DNA of 20,000 bases, taken from NCBI GenBank assembly GCA_021432655.1, contig MU271366.1:61979-81978 (forward strand), in the 5' to 3' direction. The stretch comes from Atractiella rhizophila. Lineage: Eukaryota. The notes beneath the pieces were generated by a model, which had not been told where the DNA came from, made no database searches, and was given only the letters and a program-made list of their open reading frames with translations. How positions within the stretch are numbered: position 1 is the stretch's first letter; every line of letters begins with the position of its first letter. Positions 1 through 8,199 of the stretch are shown piece after piece. Made by a program: the position numbers and the translations under genes.

Positions 1-430
1 CTCACCGCGAATCTAATGTGGACCCTCTCATCATCTGCGTAGAATGTAGGATGCCTGTCTAAATGAAAAGGTATCCGATCACGCAGTTAGCTGCCCGTAT
101 GCAGCAGCGGGGAGAGGTGGGGATGAGCGAGAAAATAAGCCTAACACGCTCTATCACCCCCGTCGGTGTAGCTAGGATATCGACTTCCAAGAACTGACAT
201 TTCATCGTTTTCCAAAATGATCATTGAACCAAAGGCCTCCGGCTCGTTTTCATCATCCGGGTCGTGACAGAGTTTCGTAATGTAACTTTGCCTTTTTACG
301 ATGAAGCTGACCCACGCTGAGAAATTGCTTACTTTATGCACATCTCGTTGCAGGCCGGGAAAGGTGTTAACCCCACACATCCCCGAAACAAGTCAGCAGG
401 ATGATGCACGAAGCTTACCAAGCCGGAACC
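1..430 (-). CDS. Partial intron-containing gene or gene remnant running off the left edge; product unknown
   Basis: Minus strand: ORF 141-380 (..HDPDDENEPEAFGSMIILENDEMSVLGSRYPSY..), then an intron with branch site GCTAAC and acceptor TTTCATTTAG near 59-95. A short exon at ~58-6 (RHPTFYADDERVHIRFA) ends in a GTGAG donor at 5-1. The 5' boundary is not resolved. Confidence 0.35.
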
Positions 431-848
431 ACTCTTTCCTTTATCATCGCAAAATATGGCGTTCAGGTGGCCATTCAAAGTTTGTGGTTATCAAATTGCA
501 GATCTTTTTTCCCGCGACATCGCAAACACTAACCTGAAGTGGCGTCGGCTCGGTGACGCCTGGTATCTTCCGGAGCTTTTCTAGGCCAGGTTATCAACTC
601 GCCCTTCTTTTGGAGATTGGTTTGTGGAGCAGCAGAAGGACGCTGCGGAAAACGGCACTGTCTAGCGTGATTCCACATTTCGTTTCGTTGACCGAGTATC
701 ACAATCCTCAACACAGCCCCCCCATGCACTTTCATAAACACTTCATGTCCGAAGAAGCTCAAAGCAAACTCAAACGCGACTTAAAAAGCGGCCTCCCCTG
801 CCGAGGGTTGCACCTGCCTCACGATTTTCCTGTCACAAAGCAGCTGCT

Positions 849-2262
849 ATGTCTTCAGCAAACCTGAGTTTTTACTGTGGAAGAACAACTCGATCTCGCC
901 GTGCAACGTACAGCTTTAGAAAACTCTCTTTCTGCTAGTCGGACCTATCTCACAGGTTCGATCTCCTTGCTCCCCATGTAAGCTTCACTGAACTGGAGCG
1001 CAGCTTGCTTTGCAGTTTTCGGTTGGGACTTCATCCTCACTTTCCCAGATGAATACAATTCTATGTGGAAAGCGCAGCGTTGGACACCAGTCCGAGCCGC
1101 ATTCTTCTTCAATCGGTATCTCTCTCTTTCCATTCGCCCTGGCTTACATGAGAAATGTGAAGTTACTGGAGCCTCTTGCACTTTGTCATCTCGATGTGTT
1201 TTGTCTGGATCGAATTCCAACCGAAAACGTGCGATAAGGTTCATTTCTTCAACCTGTCGCCGCTATAATCCTGTTCTGTGCATCTCCTCCCGATTCAAGT
1301 ATCCATGGGACTGAGATAATATGACACAGTGAACTGCGAGTTTCTATTAGGCGCAAGAGTGTGGGTAATGTGGAACCGTCGTAATTGGATTGCTTACTTC
1401 TTCGGAGTCTTTGCCATTGCTGGTACGGCTGTTCAAGTTTGGTCAGTTGCTCAGAACGAGGCGTTGCATTTGTACGCCACTGTGCACAAGGGATAATTGA
1501 TGACATGTCCAACAGACTGCCTGGTTTGAGGGGATGCATCTCTGTCGGAAGGGTCCAAAAGTGATTCATCCTTACCTCAATCTGGCAGGAACCAAGCTGA
1601 CACTTCGTACAGCCGTCAATGGGTTTATTGGTTGGGTTTCATCGATACACGAATCAAACTAGCTGATGGAAAGCATAGGGTCCCGCTTCTCCTTTACGAT
1701 ACGACGGCAACAATGTTCACGCTTGTGTCAGTCACCTCTTCTTTCATCTGACTGAGGCCAAAATCGTTGAAAGCCCTATCATCACACACTGGAACAACAC
1801 ACCGCCGACACGTCTCCTCTCAATCTTTATACGCGACGGCGTCCTCTACTTCATCATTGTATTCATCTGCAACCTAGTCAATGTAATTTACTTCAGGTCC
1901 GTAGAATCTGCCCGGCTTCACAGCCAGACCCTTTCTGAACTGACAGAAAGCCAATCAGTGTCCCCAGAGTTCTCATCTCATCTTTGAATTCGCCGCTCGC
2001 CGTAGCATTCACAACGATGATGGCTTCTCGCATTGTGCTCCACCTTCGCTCTGCTGCTCGCAGGTTGAACTCTGGTGATGGAGGTAGCGCCAGTGGCTCC
2101 TATGGAGGCAACAATACTGTTCCAAAGTTTAGGAGCCCTAGAAAGTGGGATGTAGGTGAACAAATAGGAGGGAGGCAAATGGAAGACAGCTTGTATAATC
2201 CGAGCTTGGACCTGGCACCGATCCAAATGGGGAGTGAGCCAAAAAGGGGGCAAGTGGACTGA
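849..2262 (+). CDS. DUF6533-family multi-pass (7TM-like) basidiomycete membrane protein; multi-exon, with two apparent 1-nt frameshifts (pseudogene or assembly error)
   Basis: The spliced translation gives family-typical motifs: ACFAVFGWDFILTFPDEYNSMWKAQRWTPVRAAFFFNRY (DUF6533 'D..LT..E...W....W......F..NRY'), LGARVWVMWNR, IRDGVLYFIIVFICNLVNVIYF and TMMASRIVLHLR. There are about 7 short GT-AG introns (first 956-1003). ATG at 849, stop at 2260-2262. Confidence 0.85.
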
Positions 2263-2272
2263 GAGTTGATAA

Positions 2273-2325
2273 TGCTAGAACACATTAGTTGCATAAGAGT
2301 GCTGGAACGCATAGTTGCATAAGAG
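2273..2325. repeat. Imperfect tandem duplication, 2 x ~27 bp
   Basis: tgctagaacacattagttgcataagag (2273-2299) is followed directly by tgctggaacgcatagttgcataagag (2300-2325). Confidence 0.85.
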
Positions 2326-2592
2326 GATAGGAATATCATAAGACATAAGGAAGCATACCTGAAACACCCAAACTGGTTGCACGTCTAACAGGTCAAATAA
2401 CAGTATCTCTATGTCAGAAATAAGTGATAAGAATGTGGACTGAGGAGGCCTAAGCCTACCTTCTAGTCCGGTTGCTCTTATATGATAACAGGGGCTCTTG
2501 AAAGGGGAGAATGGGTAGTGACAGAATCATACACCTCCTTTCGCCACGAGCTCTAAGCCTTTTAGGCTTCCACAAAGTAGGAAGGGTGTGGA

Positions 2593-2607
2593 GGGTTTAA
2601 TCGGGGT
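2593..2607. repeat. Left copy of LINE target-site duplication (15 bp)
   Basis: gggtttaatcggggt matches gggtttaatcagggt at 6981-6995 (14/15) and directly abuts the (GAT)n tail at 2608-2620. Confidence 0.85.
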
Positions 2608-3080
2608 GATGATGATGATGCTGAAGTCATATATAGAGCTTTTTGAACCGATTAATTATGAAGCTCTTCAACGAGGTAGATAGATACAAGGACCGCGAGG
2701 CACACCCCTCCTATTCCTAACCGCACAAACCCTTTTCTAACACCACCACCAACCTACTGCCCCCCGTTGCCTCTTGGTCTCCCGAAAATACAGAGATCCT
2801 CTCGATTACATTGGCACCGTAGATGGCTGGGTGAGCATCAAAACTCCCCTAGAGGATAGGACTTTGACGCGATGCTTGAACGAGGCTGCCACCATGTACG
2901 TTAGTTACGTGCTCTGGAAAATGAAACGGCAATAGTGTTACAACAAAAGAAGGAGAAAGAGAGAATAGAATGTAGAAAGAGCTCGTAGGTATAAGAAAAC
3001 GATAAAGAGATTAAAGGAGAATAAGGATTCAGAAAGCTTAACTTAGGAAAGCCGTTAAGCGAGGGAGCAGCGGAGTCCAC

Positions 3081-4107
3081 TCAGCCTACTCCTTCTCGGC
3101 TGCCAGACGCGCAGGAAGCTTCGTGTGCTTTCTTCTTGTATCTGAGAACCCTCTCTGTGGAACGAGTGTGGATGGGGAACCTTTTGGTAGCACGGATGAA
3201 CTTCCATAGCGGCGGAATGGCGTCCGGGTTGGAAAGGACTGAGGTGTAGCTGGTAAGGCGGACTCCAACTTTGGCCAAGTTGGGCTCGAGGATGTTTCTA
3301 AGACCAGCAGTTATTCTTTGACGATTGCGAGTGAAAAGAACAAACTTAGATTTGTCTTGCTCAAAAAGAGCTCCGTGACTACTGCCCCAATCCTCCGCCT
3401 CCTCAAGCATTCCCTCGAGTCCCGCTATTGCTAGCACCACTGACGACGACCTGTACAAGTAGGAGACATCGTCGATGAAGCCAGCTGACTGAGAGTCCCA
3501 ACGGGAGGCTATGCGGAGCAGGGAAGCGTTGTAGAAAAGATAAAGGATTGGGGAGAGAGGGGAGCCTTGGACCAGGCCGATATCGATGGGCAGTTGAGCC
3601 GAATTGAAGCCATCAAAAGAGTAGGATGTGGATCTGCCCTCCAGCCAAGACGAAACCAGGTTGTAGAAGCGGGGGGTCCACTTTCGCTTTCTGGAGGTTG
3701 TCGACTAGCCTGCAATGAATGACGGAGGGAAAGGCACCTTTCACGTCTAGAAACACTGCGGCCGTCACTTGTCCCTTCCTCCACCCCTCCATAATAAATT
3801 CTACAACCGAAAGAAGAGCATCCGTCGTGCTACGGCCCGAACGACCTCCGAAGTGTTGGTTAGGAAGAAGGAGGTGCTTCTCGGCGAAGAAGGCGAGTTT
3901 CGCGGCTAGAACTCCATCAAAGACTTTAGCAAGGCACTTCAAGAGAGCAATCGGACATTAGGGCTTTGGAACAGAATAATCCGGTTTCTTGGGCTTCTTT
4001 AATATCGCCGTAGAGAAACACTTCCACTTTTGTGGGAAATAACACATAGAATAACACGAAGTGATGATGTGGAAAAAGACTTCCCTGATACTAGGCCAAA
4101 GTTCCTT
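3081..4107 (-). pseudogene. LINE ORF2, 3' part: reverse transcriptase core fused directly to the C-terminal tail
   Basis: KELWPSIRE...YFPQKWK...PDYSVPKP*CPIALLKCLAKVFD...FIDD...KSKFVLFTR, with an in-frame stop and several frameshifts (ORFs 3613-3942 and 3081-3458). Confidence 0.92.
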
Positions 4108-5617
4108 CATCAGCAATTTCCCTGGGTGCTATACGATCTATCCTAGCACCACCGTATAGACCCTTCCTAGGAGCTGCTAGGTGGTCCTATGGTGCTATAG
4201 GACCTCGTTGAACCTATGGCAAACTTTAAACGCAAACTTTGAAACTAATCCATGACTCCAGAGTGACTCACCGCATTTCCATTGCATAGGGGGCCAGTGG
4301 GTTAGGGGCTGTTGCCCTCCTTGAAAAATTTTCACGAAGTCCATCCGCATCGAACGTTCATCTGCATCTTCTTCAATATCTCCTTACCCAATTTTCCGCA
4401 GCTGTCGCCTTTGTGCAAACCTTCCCTTTCTCTCCACATCCTTTCTGGACATGGAAGCTGCATCTCAACTGACCAACTCACACCTTCTGCAATCTAGTGC
4501 TGTGACTGTGTGCAACAAACCCCATCGCTGTTATGGAATCTGGATCAGCCTGAAGGGAGTTGTTTCTGTGAACTGTGCTCATTTATGTGTGGGACTATGT
4601 GGAGTGTAGAGAAGTTTTAAAGGTATGTTGTCCTTCTCTTCGGCATACCGTCGGTCAGAGGAACAAGATGGGAAGATGTGTGACACTCTTCATATTTCTT
4701 CTTACATTGTTGTCTAGACCTTGTCTCTCTCCATCCTCCCGCTTACGCTCCTTCCTCACCGAACCTCTTATCACCTGCAATGGTCTTGCTGTTACACTCC
4801 GCATCACAGCTTACCCACTTGCTCGTATGAGGTGAAGAACCTGCTTACATTCTCTTCAATTCCCCTGAATGCATGCGGTAAAAAGCGGTCCCAGGAGTCA
4901 ACAGATGGTCATTGAAGCGGCTTGGACTGTTCAAGCTGTGGTGAGACCACAGAACTTCAAATGTTCTAGTATTCAGTGTTGAATCTAGTGAGTAAGGTCA
5001 TCGTTCTAATGGCAGTCCTAATCTGAGTTGAGGAAGGAGCAAAGTGACATGAAAATGTTTCAATCTACTTGAGCTACATTGCTGACATAGATCTGCGCAC
5101 TATTTGTGAGTCAATATATCTCCCAAAGTCCCTTCACTCACAGCTAGTAGACAGGCACTTCGGTAAGACGGTTTGTTGACCTTGTGTTAACCCGCCCTGT
5201 TTAGCACAGGTCAGCTCCACACAACCCACAGCACATCCGATCTACCTCCCTCTTTCCTCATGTTTTTCCTCAAATCAAAAAGGTTATCTTAAACATTAGA
5301 ACGGTGAAACTGTAGGCTGGATAGGAGGTCGTGATGGGATGTGATAGAACAAGCAAATGATTCAATTTTACAGTGCAAGATGTGTAAACTATGAGATTAC
5401 CTTGATTAATATAATGGATTTCATTGCACATATATGTCACAAAGCACGAGAAGGAGCCTGCAAATGAAATAAGGAAGCAAACGAGGTGACTCAGTCATAG
5501 CGCTATAGCGCTATAGTGCCGCTCCTAGCGGTCTAGGATAGTGACCAGGTGACAAAAGTCCTATGAGCTATCATAGGGCTCATAGCTCCATAGACACCCG
5601 TCCAGAAAGTGCTGATG
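4108..5617. mobile_element. Non-autonomous TIR DNA transposon (1510 bp) inserted in the LINE RT; superfamily unassigned
   Basis: The left end catcagcaatttccctgggtgctat matches the reverse complement of the right end, catcagcactttctggacgggtgtctat. It is flanked by TT (4106-4107) and TT (5618-5619). Removing the element plus one TT restores in-frame GISNWVL-KELWP. CTAT/CTAG/ATAG subterminal arrays lie at 4128-4220 and 5496-5595. No recognisable transposase. Confidence 0.88.
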
Positions 5618-6980
5618 TTGAGGACCCAGTTTGAGATTCCATCGTTCCCTGGGGCTGACTTCCTTTTTACATTCTCGATGTAGCGATCTAACTCCTGGAT
5701 TTCGATTTCACCAAAGTCGATCCAGTCATCAATAGCTGCTCTCTCCTGCTGTAAGTCATCCAACACGGGGTTGGGGGTGGGAAGCGCTGAAGGTGTCGTG
5801 AAACATCCTCGCCTTTCCCTCATTTTCGAAAGTGAAGGAGCCATCAGGATTCTGTAGGGGCGGGATCTGTCTCTCGTGGCTCTCATGCTTGGCATATGAC
5901 GAAGCAGTCCAGAGCAACTGTTCATCCAAGCTAGCTAAGAAATTGTTCCAGTGCGAGCGCTTTCACGCTTTAACCACACGACGGAAGCTTGAAGAGAGCT
6001 ATGCCACAGCACATAGTCCGCTTCGCTTTTTGTCTTCTGGAATCTATTTCTTTGCTTGCTGGCTTTCGCACAGAGCTCCGTGAGGTCCTCGTCCCACCAC
6101 CTCTTAGGAAACTTAGAGTTCTTCACTTTCTTTGTGGACACCTCCAGCGCTGAATGGATGAACGAAGTGAGATACTCAACTGCCAAATCTGCATCCTCTT
6201 TCACGGTTCAAAGGAGTCTCACGGTCAAAGGGATAACTCTTCAAACGAGCTTCAACATCCTCTCTCATCTTTTCCCAATCCACCTTGGCAAGATTGAATC
6301 TTTCCAAGTCTGGTGGATCGGTCTTCTCCAGATTGAAAGTCGTGAGTATGGGGAAGTGGTCGGAACCATGGTTCAGCTCTGGGGCACGGGAGGTTATGTA
6401 TCGCTCTACTAGATTATGTGCTGCCGCGTTAACAAACACGAGGTCGATGACCGTTTGAGACTCCCTTGCTGCCCAGGTGACCACTCCTTGGTCCGACCTA
6501 AGGACCAACCCCACATCTGTTAGACTTGTTAGCAATTCTTCCGCCTTCGGCTCTCGTCTTAAATATCCTTCTTGGTTCCAAAGGTCGTGGTGCAAATTAA
6601 AATCGCCTCCAACGTAAAGTAAAAAGTTATCGTCAGAATTAAACTCGATCAAAAGCTGGTGGATCATGTCAAACAGGACCTTTAAAATGTCGGACATGAT
6701 GTCGGCAGCATTGCAAACGTTAAATAAAACGAGGGTGTACGGCGGGCACCAAATTTTAACGGCAGAAATTTCAGGAATAGGAGAGATGATTTGGGAGATA
6801 GAAGAGCTGTGGATTGTTTCAGAGTTGATCAAAATGGCAGAGCGAGCAGACGGCAAAGTAGAAAAGCGGCGCCAGCCTGGGTAAAAAGGCAGAGAGAGGC
6901 CTGGAGTAACGTATGGTTCCTGAAGAAGTAAAGCATCGAACATGTCGTGGGCGGTAGAAAAAAGCGAGTGGATAGCAGCT
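5618..6980 (-). pseudogene. LINE ORF2, 5' part: APE endonuclease, linker and start of RT
   Basis: ORFs 6176-6943 (EEP/APE motifs QEP, GDFN, SDH), 5935-6204 (KRWWDEDL) and 5533-5925 (KSAPGNDGISNWVL) are joined by frameshifts. The extreme N-terminal APE motif is missing because of the 5' truncation at ~6980. Confidence 0.93.
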
Positions 6981-6995
6981 GGGTTTAATCAGGGT
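6981..6995. repeat. Right copy of LINE target-site duplication (15 bp)
   Basis: gggtttaatcagggt vs gggtttaatcggggt at 2593-2607. It lies where APE homology ends (in-frame TGA just beyond). Confidence 0.85.
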
Positions 6996-7127
6996 TCTGG
7001 TTGGACAAGCGGACCCCGGCTGGAAGTTTCAGAGACTCGATTTCAACACTGACTTTTCGTTCAAAAGGGGTGACGCGGAGGGATTGGGAGTGACTCCAGA
7101 AGAAGCAGAGAAGTCGAGGTTACTATC

Positions 7128-7757
7128 ATGGAAGAACATAGTGGAACTACTTTGTCTTCCAGTATGCAGTGAGAATCTCCCACTTTGCCATCGAAAAGGA
7201 ATGGAATAGACGCCTCAGGACTCTCCATGACCGCCCTGAATCATCCAGAGCATCCCCATTTAGCACAAGGAGCATATGATGCGTTTGCCACCTCATCTTG
7301 AGGAACTGGGAAATGCAGGAGAGACAGCCCATAGCTCCAGAAATCCGAGAGTGGGGAGTGCAAAACCTCATGGCTGGACACGAAGTCTTTCGTCTTTGTG
7401 AGGGGGATGAGAAGGCAAGAAGATACCTTGTTGCAGTTCTTGAAAATGCTGCAGGCAACAATACCGATGCGAAAGTGGCAGCTAGAGAGCAGAAGAGGAG
7501 AAAAAAGGTCTACTTTGTCCTCTTGATCTTAAAACACAGCAAGTTAATTGAATCTTTAACAGTACACAATAATGGATGATGGCGAGGACAAAGCTGAGGA
7601 TGTCACCTCCACAGGTTTGTTTTGTGTTGTCCTACAACTAGTTCATTTGTTGATGGTGTGAGCAGTTCCTCAAATAATCAAGATCACAGTCCCCAGAACC
7701 ATCGTTGTCCTCCGCTACCACTTGGGTACCAGTCAGAGAAGGGTGTGTGTAGATTAG
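7128..7757 (+). pseudogene. Decayed intron-containing gene remnant, unknown product (possibly transposon-borne)
   Basis: The ATG 7128 frame is interrupted by TGA stops. ORF 7298-7579 ends in the basic stretch REQKRRKK. Two short GT-AG introns (7508-7562, 7615-7665) follow, giving small exons. Confidence 0.4.
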
Positions 7758-7895
7758 CTTTCACATAGTAATCTTTAATGATCACTCCCTGGAACCTTGC
7801 AGGGCTGGTCCAGTGCAGGCCTAGTCACTCAAGGCACTAGCACTCAAAATGGTGTTGGTTTAGAGATGGTTTAGGGCCGATTTTTGGCTCCACAG

Positions 7896-8045
7896 CAGTG
7901 CCAGTTTTGTGCGTCTGGTGCGCTGTTAGTGTTGCAGTTAGTGCTCATGTGTAAATCGAATATTCAGTGCCTTTAGCGCACTGTCAGTGCAATGTAGTGC
8001 CAATCTAGCGCATAAAACAGTGCACGGTTAGTGCAGCTTTAGCGA
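7896..8045. repeat. Array of ~12 degenerate YAGYGC hexamers at ~10-11 bp spacing; probable transposon subterminal repeat region
   Basis: Copies start at 7896, (7907, 7916 degenerate), 7927, 7939, 7965, 7974, 7985, 7995, 8006, 8018, 8029 and 8040. Confidence 0.75.
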
Positions 8046-8199
8046 GGGTCCAGTCGCATCCCATTCACGGCTCAGTTATACAGGAGCATAATGGAAATGA
8101 ATTGATTCCACCACAGTCTTTACCCCTGATTTACGCAGTGATACTCCCATCGCCATCTCCCCTGTTCCCTCCCTAATCCCTCTTTCTCCTCAAACACCG

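Larger units (their letters stand above)
2608..6980 (-). mobile_element. Non-LTR retrotransposon (LINE, Tad1-like clade): 5'-truncated, frameshifted, internally deleted and interrupted by a DNA element
   Basis: APE endonuclease motifs (DALLLQEP, GGDFNLHHDLW, VIDLVF, HGSDHFPI), linker KRWW, and RT motifs (KSAPGNDGI, KPKKPDYSVPK.PIALL, QHFGGRSGRSTTDAL, FLDVKGAFPSV, GLVQGSPLSPILY, GFIDD). The 3' UTR is ~2621-3080 with a (CAT)4 tail at 2608-2620. A 15-bp TSD flanks the element. No ORF1/gag is present. Confidence 0.95.

Noticed and set aside
553..867. ORF with HNPQHSPP resembling a MULE/FAR1 zinc-finger end
   Set aside because: No upstream Cys pair or DDE domain. The ORF runs into the start of the DUF6533 gene and is probably incidental.
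2480..2525. Possible left terminus matching the reverse complement of 8050-8080 (shared gaatggg)
   Set aside because: Only ~7 bp of identity and no subterminal array; indistinguishable from chance.
6990..7800. hAT-like element with CAGGGTTCTGG at 6990 and ..GGAACCTTG at ~7799
   Set aside because: The left 'TIR' overlaps the LINE TSD (6981-6995), the match is short and imperfect, and no 8-bp duplication flanks it.
7896..8045. CRISPR-like repeat-spacer interpretation of the phased array
   Set aside because: Eukaryotic context, 6-bp repeats with 3-6 bp spacers, and no cas genes.
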